The position numbers and the translations under genes are program-made. A model generated the notes under the pieces. The model ran no database searches. It worked only from the letters and a program-made list of their open reading frames with translations, and was not told where the DNA came from. Positions 36,150-48,732 of a stretch of DNA of 64,000 nt are shown here, piece by piece. How positions within the stretch are numbered: the first letter of the stretch is position 1; each line of letters opens with the position of its first letter. This DNA is from Convolutriloba macropyga (Eukaryota). The DNA is taken from the NCBI RefSeq assembly GCF_964194025.1, contig NC_134481.1, positions 46,004,001-46,068,000 of the forward strand, written 5' to 3'.

Positions 36150-37680
36150 GATTGTAGTCACTCGGTAAAAAATCTCTTATTCAAAGCGCACTTCAACGCT
36201 CGTCTTTGCATCTTTTCTAGTTTTCTGCAATTCGGCCAATTCGAGAACCATACATTTGACGCGTAAAAAAGAATTGATAAAATGTAGCATTTGTATAAAC
36301 TTAGCTTTCGTATTTGTAGAAAAGAGAACGTTTCTCTTCAGGAAAAAATGCTCTTGTTGTGCCTTCGATAGCCGCTGATTGGTATGACTCCCATTTCAAA
36401 TTTTTAGTAATAATTATACCAAGATCTTTCACCGAAGATTTGCATATAATTTCTGTTCATCTGGATACAAGTGGACATTACACTGATCTAACTTTTTCAC
36501 ATCAAAACATAAAGCTTCTAACTTTGCCATGTTGAATTCCAACCTGTTTTTTTTGACCATTTGATAGCTTTGTTTACATCAATTTGTAGCGTAAATTCAT
36601 TTGACTTTCAATGATTTTTGTGTCATCGGCAGAAAGATTTGTCCTGTTCTCTATTGGAGATAGAAGGTCGTTAATGTACACAGAGAACACTAAAACTGCA
36701 AACCCTGAACACTGTGGAGCACCACTCGTAACAGTTAACTCTGACGAATACTCATCTACGCAGTGCGTTCTATTTGATGAATAACTTGCACAAAACTTGA
36801 GAAATTGGTTATCAAATCCAAAATGCATAAGCTTTAACAAAATTGAATTGTGATTTTTTTTATCGAACGTTTTTGCAGTATCGAGTTTAATGCTTAGTGC
36901 AGACTTTAGCATTTAAACAACGAAAAACTTTTCCTCCGTACTCGAGCATTTGAGTGATTATAGAATGCTTAGGCCTAAAACTATGCTGTCGTTTCTTTTA
37001 TGCTGAAGTTTTTTAACAAACGATCCCTAAGTTTTCGTTACAATAACTTCTCGAAAATCAAGGAAAACGTGCACAAGATTGACACTGGTCTGTAATTTTT
37101 TATGTCAATTCTCGACTCCTTTTTATGCAGAGGTTTCATTATTAATTTCTTCCAGCTCTCTGGAAACGCTTGCTCATCTATAATTTTGTTAAGTACCTCA
37201 GTAACATCTTCAAATTTGGCTGCAATTTATTGTTTGACTCAGAACCCGAATGACAACTTAGGTTTATTGACTTTATTTCACTTTTAGTGAAATACATATC
37301 TTCTAGACAAATTGTGGGGTCTGCTGAAGCAAGTGGCTCTGTAAGAGGCCTCGTGTCTTTGAAAACAGATGCAAAGTTTTGATTGAAAGCATTGGCAATT
37401 TCCAACGCTCAAGAAATATTGTTTTCACCAAAGTTCATCTTAGTGGGCAGATCAGGAATGAGATGAAAGCTATTAATGTTTTGAACAACTTCTGTCCGAA
37501 TTTGCAAATTCAACAGGAAATTTAGCTTGGATTGTTTCACTGTGAACATTAATTTCTGTTTTCAAGCCAATTACAACTCCTCCATGGCAACCATTGCATC
37601 GATCATTTCTACTTACTACGCTATAACTTTTTGAAATAAAGACACAGGTGTGATCAACTCTTGAATCAAATTGTGTTTAT
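36150..37680 (-). mobile_element. Decayed non-LTR retrotransposon (CR1/L2-like LINE) ORF2 fragment
   Basis: ANAFNQNFASVF, NYRPVSIL, AKTFDK..H..LLKL, VTSGAPQ, YINDL, ADDTKI motifs; frameshifts and stops. Confidence 0.85.
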
Positions 37681-38984
37681 TGAATTTAGCGACGGTTTGG
37701 AGATATTATGAGAAGTACTCATCTTCAATTGTACTGTACTTCTATATGTTAGAGAAAAATGTACGTGTACCGCAGTTTTTTCTCTTTGATCAAGTTTTGT
37801 TAATTACGTCCTGAAGAATACCAATTGTTTTAGTGACGCAAACTGAAAAGGAAAAAAAGAATGAATATTTTAATGAAACTCCAAGCCGCTCTTTTGTATA
37901 GTTCTTCTTTTTTCCACTTGAAAAGTGAAACAAAGTTTTCATAATTAATTGAAAAGATGAGAACATTGAATCTGGACAAGAAAATTGAAATTGTTACATT
38001 TCTCTTTTCATAGCTTTAAGAGCGTAGCTATATAAGCTACTCTTTGTTAATTTGTTTGGTCGTCTGTTGCCCAATTTTGCAATCTAACTTTTGTCAAATA
38101 AAGAGTATAGCTATTGAAATTTTCATCTTTCTATCACCTTCTCTGACTGCTTTTTGGTGCTTGAAGTTTGGTTATCCTCTATAACCGTTAGTTTTCAGAT
38201 TAATTGCGCAATTAATTTGGTCCTAGATGTCTACCCTCAATGTCAAATTACTTTTAACATAAATGTCATTTTCTGAATGAAGCCAGTAATAGTAATGCTT
38301 GCCCACAGCACTTCGACGGCTTTGTGTTTCCCTGAAGTGTGTGATCAAATATGATGTTTATTTACATGGCTGAAACAAAAATTCACATCACACATAGATG
38401 TTTGTGAAATATAGAAAACTGAAAGCAAAGTTTGAAGGCAACAGTGGAGAAAGTTTAGAACGAAATTTCATTAACATTTGACTTTCGTCTGAATCCATCT
38501 TTTTCCCTTTCTCTGAGTTTCCATATTGTTTTTGATCACAAAGCTCTCCAATTGATGGGAAATTTAAACGAGCCCATCGTGATTGTAACAGAATAGGAAC
38601 ATGTTTTTTTTTCTCGAATACTTAGAATAAACTGAAGAATCAAATCTTTAATGTAAGTGGGTAAGAGGTTGTTATAACTGGGAACATAAAAGGTTGACCA
38701 AATCTGGAAACTATATTTCCAGAATTTCCAAACTATTTTGCCAGAATGGAAAGAAAAGAATGGAGAAACAAAGAGTAGAAAAAATTTTATTGTTTCACTT
38801 TCTCTAAATGTCGAAGCTAGCAGTAAAAGCGATGACTCAAGTTTCACCTCAGTTTCTTGTATTGAAAAAAAACGTACCAAAACTTTCTCCGAGAACAATG
38901 TGTTCGCTATCCGAGGAAGAAGTTGCGATGGTCAACAGAGTTGAAAAAGATTTTTTTTTCAGATTATTTGGTATTTTACTCAAA

Positions 38985-40157
38985 ATGAACGGTGGTTGCT
39001 CCTCTCGATGTTCTGGCTCACGGTCGGTTTTGAGGAGTCTTGATAACGTATCAAGAAGGATTGTTGGCGGCAATGAGACATCGACGTCAAGTTCGACGCC
39101 TGTCCAGAACCGCAATTGCAGGATAATCTCAAGGAGCACCTCGCGTAGAGACCTGAACGGACAATGCAGTCCTATAAGTAGGAATGGGAATCGAGTTGCG
39201 GCTGTACATTCTGCGGGAGTACAATCTGCGGTTAAGAAAACGGTGAATTCTATATCCAGACTTGCAAATTTATCTCCCAGAAGAAATGGAAACAGTGGAC
39301 AAATCCCTGGGAATCAAGCACAGTCAGGGGTACAGGATGAAAAATCTCCAGTTTTAGCTGCGCGTGTAGAAATAGATAACGCACAAGCTCGTGGACAATC
39401 TGAACAAGTTGTGCATCCGACCTCGGGTGCTTCACATGTCGAAGCAGTCCCGGATCCGAATCCTGCCGTGGTGGGTGAAAATCCACCTCCTTATAATTAT
39501 TTTGACTGGCTTAGTTTGAACGATACGTTTGATCTTCTTGAGCGTTCCAATGACTCCCGTGATGATAATGACGATGATTCCGATAGTAGCGGAAGTTATT
39601 ACCGTGGCTTTTCCTCCGTAAACAGAAGTATTGTCTCTTCTCCGAGACCAACTTCGAACAGAAGACGCCCCTTTTGGCCTTACTTTGCACCCGGATGGGC
39701 GTCTCGCCAATCTTCAAACAATGCGAGGCTACCGATTCCCAGTTTGCAACCGCGCACTAGCCCCCAGGATGGCAACAGATGTCTTGATTACTATGAGCCT
39801 GCGCCCTGGGCCCTTGACCCTGTGTCCTCGGTCCCTGGAATCAATCGGAGGAATTTGAACAGACGCCTCATCCAGTTGTCCCCTTATCGATCGCGAGAGT
39901 ATTATTGGCGACCTATGGACTCTCGAACACCTCCTCGACAAACTCGACATCCTCTCGTTATTCCCGGAACGCCTTCCCGAAGGTCGCGGCTAGCTGGCGT
40001 TTCACGGCGGTTTGAAGATGAGCCTGCCCGGTCAGTGGCTCCAGCGTTTTCGAGATCGGAGGAACGCAGGTCGCGTCGCCCTGTTGATCACGAGTCGCGA
40101 GTTCGACCTCAGAAAACCGACCAATCTTGTGAACATGATGATGAACATGCCTTCTAA
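38985..40157 (+). CDS. Hypothetical R/S/P-rich, probably disordered protein (~390 aa), single coding exon
   Basis: Long, GC-richer ORF in an AT-rich background; ATG 38985 lies just downstream of a T-rich CAG acceptor at 38962; PPPY motif; no recognisable domain. Confidence 0.65.
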   Translation: MNGGCSSRCSGSRSVLRSLDNVSRRIVGGNETSTSSSTPVQNRNCRIISRSTSRRDLNGQCSPISRNGNRVAAVHSAGVQSAVKKTVNSISRLANLSPRRNGNSGQIPGNQAQSGVQDEKSPVLAARVEIDNAQARGQSEQVVHPTSGASHVEAVPDPNPAVVGENPPPYNYFDWLSLNDTFDLLERSNDSRDDNDDDSDSSGSYYRGFSSVNRSIVSSPRPTSNRRRPFWPYFAPGWASRQSSNNARLPIPSLQPRTSPQDGNRCLDYYEPAPWALDPVSSVPGINRRNLNRRLIQLSPYRSREYYWRPMDSRTPPRQTRHPLVIPGTPSRRSRLAGVSRRFEDEPARSVAPAFSRSEERRSRRPVDHESRVRPQKTDQSCEHDDEHAF

Positions 40158-40943
40158 TTGGAATAGTTTTTTTCTGGCTGATTGTTTTTTCTGTGATTTG
40201 TGTTTTACCTTTGTCTTTTTAAATGCTGATCTTGTCCTATTGGATTGGTGAGTGATATTTGATAGATATGGTTGTTGATGATATTCTGGTTTTTGTACAG
40301 GTATATCAGCTATTGTTGAACATATCAATGAGCTTCTTTTCCTTACATTACGTTACATTATCAGGGTCAAATTGGCGCATTTAATAGTAAATTCTGATAC
40401 TCTAAATGTGCGAATTCGAACCTGTTGATGTTAAGTAATGTAGTAGTGACAGAAATTGTTTTTATCTCTTAATTCAAATATTTTATGCTTCGATTTTCTT
40501 TCGTATATTAAAAATGGAAGATGCGGCTTGAGCATCAGTGCTTTCGCACAGCTAGGTCTGTCTTTCAATGATAGATTCAAAATTATAGTCACAGTATGGA
40601 TCAGCGGAATTAAGAAAATTGAAGGACTTAAAATCAAAATTTCCGTGATAATGTGAGGAAAGTTTTAAAATTTTGATAAGTTTTCCAGAAAATTTTTGTA
40701 AAGATAAAAGGAACAAAAATAATTTTGCCTTTTAACAACAGGACGAGAATGTAGTGTTTTTGAACCTTTATTATGCCAATATTTCCAATTTATTTCTTGT
40801 CTTGCTCCGAAAAAGTTATCCACGGTTCAGATTTGCCAAGAAGATCGCCTAATTTCCTAACAATGAACCTGTCTTGCTTATTGTTGCTCTACTCAATAAT
40901 TGAAAAAATAGTTTCGGAAAAGGAAAGAGAATAAAGATTTACC

Positions 40944-40969
40944 ATTTATTTATTTATTTATTTATTAAT

Positions 40970-41008
<39 letters not shown>
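40944..41008. repeat. (ATTT)n microsatellite
   Basis: About 16 units, ~85 bp upstream of the THUMPD3 ATG. Confidence 0.95.
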
Positions 41009-41093
41009 TAGATTTATTGCATGTTTGTTTGTGTTCTGTTGACGCGTGCTACACTTCGCATTTTGAAAGTTAACCTGATGTTATTTTCATCAA

Positions 41094-41304
41094 ATGTCTG
41101 ATTACAAATTTGGATGTTCAGTTGTGACTGGTCTTGAGAAAATTACAGTCGAAGAGCTGCAGGAGAAATTGGATATTGTGGCTGAAAGCGACACGAGAAG
41201 AGGCAAATTGTTCTTCAAATTGTCTTCACTTGAACGAGTGCACGAACTGACCCAGCTGAGAAGTGTAGAACATGTATTTGCTGTGGTGGATGTTTTGAAT
41301 TCAG
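41094..41304 (+). CDS. THUMPD3: THUMP-domain tRNA m2G methyltransferase, exon 1 (donor at 41305 GC or 41320 GT)
   Basis: VVTGLE..EEL.EKL..RGKLFF..LRSVEHVF resembles the THUMPD3 N-terminus; two phase-1 donor candidates. Confidence 0.75.
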
Positions 41305-41366
41305 GCACGGATTCGTTGCGTAACAAAAAACACGAGCAAAATTGAAGTTTTTAATTGTTTTGGTGA

Positions 41367-43419
41367 TTAATAGCCGCACAGCGATAGCTGGGGCTATTAT
41401 TGGCCTTCTCTTGGTTTTTCACAATTCAAAGAATTTGAATTGTATTGGGGCGCTGTCTTTTTACGACTCGAAGAGGGGTATTGGAGAAGTCCTTTTTTTT
41501 AAATCAATTTTATTGGAGTGATTTTTGAAGCGGGAAATGAAACGCGTGAAAAAATTTGGAGTGATTTTGGTGCTGAACAAAAGTGAAGAGCGGAGCGAAA
41601 AGAGAGTGGTTTTTGTTCATACCGCTGTTTTTGAGAGACCGAGAAATTGATGTGTGAAAAAATTTTCTCTAAGCGAGCGAAATTTTTTTGTTTTTGTGCG
41701 GCATTTTAAAGCCGTTTTTTTTTCATTTTTTTTGGTTAAGAGGTTTGGCTATGATTTTGTTTTAATTTTAGGCTGGTTTCGGTAGTGGATTGAAGGTTTC
41801 TGGAAATTCATATGAATTTTATGATAATTCGGAGGTTTTTAATGTTTTTTGCTGATTTTCGGGCTAATTTTTGCGTTTTTTCGACGATGATTTTGTTTTA
41901 CTGGCTCAAATGGATATTGAAGAAACCCCTTCTACTTGAGCAAATTTATGATAACACATGGTTACAGTTTTGTGGGTAAGAATCTTGTTTTTAAGAGCTT
42001 TTTCATAATTTAGCGTAAAGTATTTTTTTAAATATTTACTTAAGTGGTTTATTTTAAATAGTAGTTGTTTTGATAAAGTTATTTTGGCAGAGATAGTTTT
42101 TTCGGGATCTCAATTTATAACAAAATTTGATCAGATTTTTTATCATATTTTAACAGAATTGATTTTATTGTTTTTACTTTTTTGTTTCATGACTTTGTTT
42201 CAAGATAGTCATAAATTAGTGAAGGCACGTTTTGTTTGATGAGTAGTTGGATGGCGTTTAAATGGATTTTTACTTCGAGTCGTTTCCGGAATTCTTCCGG
42301 CTATGTTTTTTTAAGATCTGTTCACACATATTCATGATTTTTGAAGTCAAGTTGGAGTAGTGATTTTGGTCACGCCGAAACAGGAACTGGAGCGAGAAAG
42401 CGAGTGGTTTTGCGGCGTGAATTTTTTTCGCTCGAATTTTAAAGTAGAGTGAGAAAACGGTGTTTGAACAAAAATTCGGTTTCTCGGTATTGGTTTTTTG
42501 TTCACATGTGGCAATTTCACTCTGATTTTTACTGTTTTTTCGATTTTTTGGATCGGATTTTTTTCTAAATGGTTTTCCCAATCTATTCACAGCTCATTCT
42601 AGGCCTAGTTTTTTGTTTGAATTAAATTTTCATTTCTCGCTAGTGTTTTTTTGTTCACATGCGGCAATTTCACTCTGATTTTTACTGTTTTTTCGGTTTT
42701 TTGGATCGGACTTTTTTCTAACTGGTTTTCCCAATCCATTCACAGCTCATTCTAGGCCTAGTTTTTTGTTTGAATTAAATTTTCATTTCTCGGTAGGGGT
42801 TTTTTTGTTCACATGCGGCATTTTGATAATGATTTTGTTTTTTTTTCTAATTTTTTTGTTCTGATTTTTTTAAATGGTTTTCTGAATTCACTCATAGTCC
42901 ATTCTAGGTCTAGTTTTTCTGTTTAGTCAATGAAAATTCTTTGAATTGTACGTCAGGACTTGTCCTGCTATGTTTTTTTATTTCGTCATGATTTTTGTTA
43001 CGACCATATGACGTCACAGCCACTTTTTGTTCATTTGTTCATGCAATTTCAACTGAAGTGCGTGTGTGACGTCATTTTTCGCTCTTAGTGGAGCGAGTTT
43101 TTTTGTTCATTCGCGTGATTGAATTTTGGTCACACTTGACTTAACACACTCTCAAAAATGACTTCCTCACTTTGAAATTACTTTGATTTACTTTAATTCA
43201 AAGAGATAAGGTCAAATGGGCGTGTGTCACTCTAAATGAAGGTTATTTGAGATCAGCTAATAGAGGCAGCAATAACTTATACAGATTTTTAATCAAAATA
43301 TAACTGATCAGCCTTCAATGAAAAGACGAGTTTTTTGTCTGTCTTTTTTACTGTTTTTTTAGACTGCCGATCTACGAATCTATTGCGGCTATTGTCTGGC
43401 AATCTGCTAGCTATGTTTT
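41367..43419 (+). mobile_element. HINE/Helentron-like family A element in the THUMPD3 intron
   Basis: 5' TTAATAGCCGC with stem-loop partner GGCTATTA; 3' subTIR GCGGCTATT (43385-43393), hairpin CTGGCA-atc-TGCTAG, then CTATGTTTT; internal ~153-bp tandem x3 (42493-42925). Confidence 0.75.
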
Positions 43420-43427
43420 GTAACTTC

Positions 43428-43636
43428 AGTAGTGTAGGTACACGGCTAGTACATAGTGCATGGGGAGGGAGGGGGGACACTTTGAAATTTCACAACCCGG
43501 AAAATACTTAAACAAACAAACATGACAATGGCCAGAGACCTGATCATGAAACAAGGGGGGACAAATTTGTACTGGGTTTGAAATTTCAAAGTGTCACCCC
43601 CCTTGTAATATGTACTAGCCGTGTACCTATACTACT
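43428..43636. mobile_element. Palindromic MITE
   Basis: 28-bp TIR AGTAGTGTAGGTACACGGCTAGTACATA / TATGTACTAGCCGTGTACCTATACTACT plus inner IR GACACTTTGAAATTTCA / TGAAATTTCAAAGTGTC. Confidence 0.8.
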
Positions 43637-43899
43637 AATTTCCCTATTGAAAATTTCAGCGCCGGCGTTTGTGTGGCGTTTCAGCGCCGGCGAATATAGG
43701 CCACTGTCTCATCCCCCTTTTTTGCACCAAAAATAATGCGCTCTTTTTTACTGACAATGATTTGCAGTGCCTCATAAAAGGTCCATTGCAGAATATAACC
43801 GTCTTTGTCAATTATAGATGGTTATATTTCATTGTGGGAACATTTCTGAATAATTTGAATTTGAAAAAGCTTCAAAAATTGCTACTGTAAGAGATGTAC

Positions 43900-44570
43900 A
43901 ATCATGCAAGCAGCTTTCCAAGAACTTGAACTCTTGTTCAAGAAGGCATACAATTTAGGAACTCTTGTTCAAGAAGGCATACAATTTAGGAACTCTTGTT
44001 CAAGAAGGCATTCATATTAGAAGGCATACAATTTATAATAGTCTGCCTTCTAATATTAGACTGAGAACAACATAGAAAGCTTCCTTAAAAAAGAACTGAA
44101 AGAATATTTTTGGAAAGAATTTTTGAAGGACCCAAAAGGAACTGATATGAAAGATGACATTGAGAGCATTAGATTGTAATTTTTTTAAATCTTCATGATG
44201 TACATATATAATTGTGAGAACATTTTATGCTCGCATTTTAGGCCATTTTTTACTAATGTAAGGTCAAATTTTTAGTTAAGTAATTTATTGATTTTATAAT
44301 TTTACATAATGTTATATTCTTAACTTTACATTGCCTCTTTTACAATTGCATCTTATATGTATCAGTGGTAATTAACAATGTTTTTTTCTTGTGAATTTCT
44401 CAAAATTCGACTGTAACATTTTATGAAATTGCTGTTCTTAACCCGGGTTGCAAGTTTTTGAAAAAATGAGTCTGTCTCAAAACATATATGAGCTGATTAT
44501 AATCTAATCTCACGGACTTTTATTATAATCGGATAATACTTCTGTCAAATAAAAAAACATTGAATTATAA
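43900..44570 (+). mobile_element. Probable 3' end of a 5'-truncated LINE with a 31-bp tandem repeat
   Basis: YNSLPSNIR and LKKELKEY remnants typical of the LINE ORF2 C-terminus; ACTCTTGTTCAAGAAGGCATACAATTTAGGA x2.6; AATAAA-containing tail. Confidence 0.4.
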
Positions 44571-44684
44571 TATGACATATTGAATTTAGTAGCGGTATCT
44601 AAACGTTATAAATCTAGATCTTATTTCATTGTCATAATTTTTTTCATGGTTTGTTACGAAATGTGTATTAACGCGGACCCACAG

Positions 44685-45937
44685 ACGAAGTGTACGAAAC
44701 TACTGAACTTGCCGAGAGGTTTTTCATGCGGCTTCCCGAATCCATTGACTGGACTAACGGTCTCAAATCTTGGTCTGCCTATTACAACAAAAGTGGGTAC
44801 GATGTAGAAAAACTGAAACAGAAATCCATTTTACCCGATGATTATAAACCACAGTTTACAAATGGAAGGAAGCGAAAAATACCGGGTATTCCCGCTTTCA
44901 GAGTAACAGCTACCAGAACTGGCGAAAGGGAGGGCGCGGAAAACGGCGACAAAAATTCAAGTTCCACTGAAGATGTACACAAACATAGTTTTACTTCTGA
45001 TCAAGCTGCTAAATGGTTCGGTGCAGCTGTGAACAATAAATTCGGTTGGCAACCCAATATGAAGAATTTTGATATGGAGGTCGTTTTGTACGTTAATGAA
45101 TCGCGAATTCTAGTCGGGTTGCTTCTGACTCACGAGGCGTTGCATAAACGAAATATAACTGCTTTTGGTCACACGACGCTAAACAGTACAATAGCATTCG
45201 GTATGGCCCGTATGTGTAATATTAAAACGGGAGATATAGTAATTGATCCAATGTGCGGCACGGGAGCAATACCAATCGAATGCTGTGCTTATCGAAGTAA
45301 TGACATTTATGCTATCGGTTCTGAATTGTCACACAATCCTGCCGAAAAAGCGAGAACAAATCAAGAAAAATATCCCAGTCTTTTTGGTCTTAAAACTTCA
45401 CTCTCAATGGACGTCGGAAGATTTGACGTAACACATCTTCCGTTAAAAATGGCATCGGTTGACGTTGTTTTATCAGACCTCCCATTTGGCGTTCGAGTTG
45501 GATCCAAGAAGAACAACCAAGAGCTTTACCCGAAAATTTTACTCGAGTGTGCAAGGATCGCCAGACCTAAATCGGGAAGAGCGGCCTTCTTGACACAAGA
45601 TAAATGTAACTTCATCAAAGCATTGGCCCTTAGTAAACAGTATTGGTTTGTTGCTAACAATCCGCATATCAATATGGGCGGTATGACCGCAGCTATATTT
45701 GTTTTAACTCGAAGTGAAGCCAGATTCAACGAAAGTTCAGAAAAGAAAAATGTAGAAAGTTCAGACTCAAATAATGGTCAAATAAGTTCAGACAATGGTT
45801 ATTTGGCTGATGTTGCGAGTTCATGTGCGACTAGTGATATTGAAAAAGAAACGATTTCTCAAGTTAGCTCAGCGCCTGAGGTTCCAAGTTTAATCAGCGG
45901 AGCCGATTCTGTTTTCTCAAATGGAGCGAAGACTTAA
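44685..45937 (+). CDS. THUMPD3: THUMP-domain tRNA m2G methyltransferase, exon 2
   Basis: FRVTATRTG, HSFTS..AA..FG, LHKRNITAFGHTTL, DPMCGTGAIPIE, SDLPFG; an in-frame TAA at 44669 forces an acceptor, CACAG at 44684. Confidence 0.92.
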
Positions 45938-46330
45938 GCAGTTTCCTTGGAATCATCTTTCTCTGTTTGAAACAGAATCGGAGAATAGCCAATTAGATGC
46001 CATTGATTAATCACGTTGAATATTTGAAATAAATGTACTGTAATGTCTTGAGTTCTTACAAACAATTTGTTTACAAAGTTTTTAAAGTTGCGTTTTGATT
46101 TCTTTTTATTAGTGTCTTCAATTTTGATTACATAGATTTGACTGAAGAGTTGATTGCTTTTTAAAAATGACGGTTGAGTTAGAACTATATTCCGCGATTG
46201 CAGCTAGCCGTCGTGATGTTTATTAAAATGAAAAAATCAGCCAAAATCGTTTCTTGGGTTAATTAAGATTAAATATCGTTGTGCTGTTTACATCGTGATA
46301 AAGCGCTCAGGCGCATTTATAGAATCGTTA

Positions 46331-46645
46331 TTACTCTCGAGGGCAAATTGAAACATTTATTCTAGTCATCTCTGTTGTCTGACTGTTTTGACTCTTTGAG
46401 CTGGAACTTTTTAAATTTCCTGCTGATCTAAATAGCTTTCTTTCAAAATTTTAAGCAGCTGAACTCATTTGGTGTTGTCGAGTTCACTATAAAAAATTTT
46501 GCCTCAGCTCATAATAGTGGTCTGCATTTAGGTTTCTTGACGTCATTTGAAGCTCGTAATATCGAAATCCCACGTCTAAAGCTGGCTACAAAGGCATTGA
46601 GCACCTGACTGGCATTTGTTCAAAAGAATTTGGTCGGACAGTTTT
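46331..46645 (+). mobile_element. Degenerate HINE-like family C copy
   Basis: TTACTCTCGA..GGCAAATT 5' end, AAGCAGCTGAACTCA core, GTTCAAAAGAA 3' end. Confidence 0.45.
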
Positions 46646-47808
46646 TTTTTCTTGTTAATGCGATTTTTGTCCGACTGTTTTTTGCGTATCAACATATATA
46701 GCATTTCAAATCGTCATCATATATAACATTTCAAACCTTCAAGCTATAGGTCTTCCAAAAAAATTAGGCATAAAACTTGCTATTTTTGATGTTACCGCAA
46801 TCAGAACAGATGGAAACTGCTAATTAAATACCCGGAGGTTTGCTTGCCTTTTCCGTGATTCTAAAATTTTTGTCATGGATTAGAATGGTTGCATAGTGAA
46901 TTGGGGATGATTTTCCCATTATTTTTGCCCATGAATAGCCAATATTTGAAGAAATATTAATTTTTAAGTTGCCATATTTGCGCTGGTAACGGGATGAAGT
47001 GTTCTTCTGATGCGTTAAAATAAATATATATTTGTCAGGTACGCACTATAAGTGTTTTTTCTCTCAAACTACAAATGCATTTCTTATTACAACTGGTTTT
47101 TTGGTATATTAAGCGAAACCGTTATAATACTTAGAATACCTTCAAATTTGTTGTCGGTAGTTTGTCGCTCATTCCGGCTGGTAAATTTTTGTTAACCACC
47201 AATTTTTTTCAGTTAATATATCAGAGAAATTGTTTTTTTTTCAAAGAAGGTGACTGCTCTTCAATAAAGAAATTATATTTTAGCTCTGATTGTTACCTTT
47301 ATTCGATTCAACGAGTGTATTCAATTTTCAGTCTGAAGTCCTAGCAATTTATTTGACCCATTTTTGGGCTATTCTGTAACTAACTTGAGATTTTTTATTT
47401 GTGACATTAGTTGGAGAAGAATTCATCCCATTTCTTTCCGCAAAAACTCTTGATTTTCCATGCGCACAAAATTGCGCTTTGGCTTTAAAATTGGAATCAA
47501 TATTTTGGTTTTTATTTTCCTTTTAAATACGTTTTTGACTAAAACTTGGTTGTTATTAATTGAGTCTTCAACCACTTAATTAAAATGTGTATGAGATGCA
47601 CGAGCCGATATATGAGTAACAGCTTGTCAGCAATTAGTCTCCAGATCCCTTCAATTAGTAAACCTTCAGGTCTTTTTGCATTTATAATCTACCCCCAGAA
47701 GGTTTTTGTTCAGTTGCGCCTACTTAAAATGTATCGTGGAAAACAGTAACAAGCGCGATTATATATTCATTTATATGTAAATATTTACACACACACACCA
47801 TATATATC

Positions 47809-47970
47809 NNNNNNNNNNNNNNNNNNNNNNNNNNNNNNNNNNNNNNNNNNNNNNNNNNNNNNNNNNNNNNNNNNNNNNNNNNNNNNNNNNNNNNNNNNNN
47901 NNNNNNNNNNNNNNNNNNNNNNNNNNNNNNNNNNNNNNNNNNNNNNNNNNNNNNNNNNNNNNNNNNNNNN
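47809..47970. other. Assembly gap (162 N)
   Basis: Run of N. Confidence 1.
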
Positions 47971-48732
47971 TTTTTTTAGGCGGGAATGAATTAATTTTTT
48001 ATGGGTAAATCTTTGCAGTTCCGGGTTGCTCTTTGCAGTTCAAATGATTCATTGCTGGCTAGCTGTTAATCATGTCTGGTCTCATTTAAGTTTTTACTGG
48101 AGCCCCTTACAAGAAACAATTTTAGTCTAAATAAACTTATTTAAGTGGAAGAGAACCAAATTCTAATTTTGCTAATTCAAATGCCAGAGCGCTGTTTTGT
48201 TCGTAATGGATATTAAAGTACTTTTTGTGGAGAAAAATGGATTTATTTTTGTGGCACCTCCTGTCACTAATTTTGTTTCCCACGAAGATAGTCTCAGAAT
48301 AGGCCTGAGAAGCGGTCATAAAATCGGTCATTGCTAAGACTTTAGAGACTGAAAGTCGAATAAACGAAGGTCTCAAAATTTTTATAGAAAGCGATTAGAG
48401 CTGTAATTTCCTCAAAAACTACCCAAAAAAATTTTCATATTCTCGTCGAAGTTTTAAAGCAGAACTTTTTGGATAACAGGTAAAGCATCTTAGATAGGAA
48501 ATCTAGATATATTTAACCAGTTAGATGTTGAACCAATTGCATACTCTCTTCGATTTTTCAGCCCTTCGAGTTTTCCAGTAAAATATTAGTTATGCCAGGA
48601 AAACATTAACTACTTCTTTAACGAAGAGCAGTGGATAGCGTTTTGGCAAAATTTCTAAGGAAAAAAGTTTACAAAATGTTTTGATTTTAAAAAAAATTAA
48701 ATTTAAAAAGCTAGAAATTAATTTTCAGAAAA

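Noticed and set aside
38011-38345. Possible fourth HINE family (hairpin at 38017-38044)
   Set aside because: Single copy with no clear matching 3' subTIR
38808-38984. Upstream ATG for the orphan ORF
   Set aside because: AT-rich and crosses a strong acceptor at 38962; composition shifts at ATG 38985, although the longer form is not excluded
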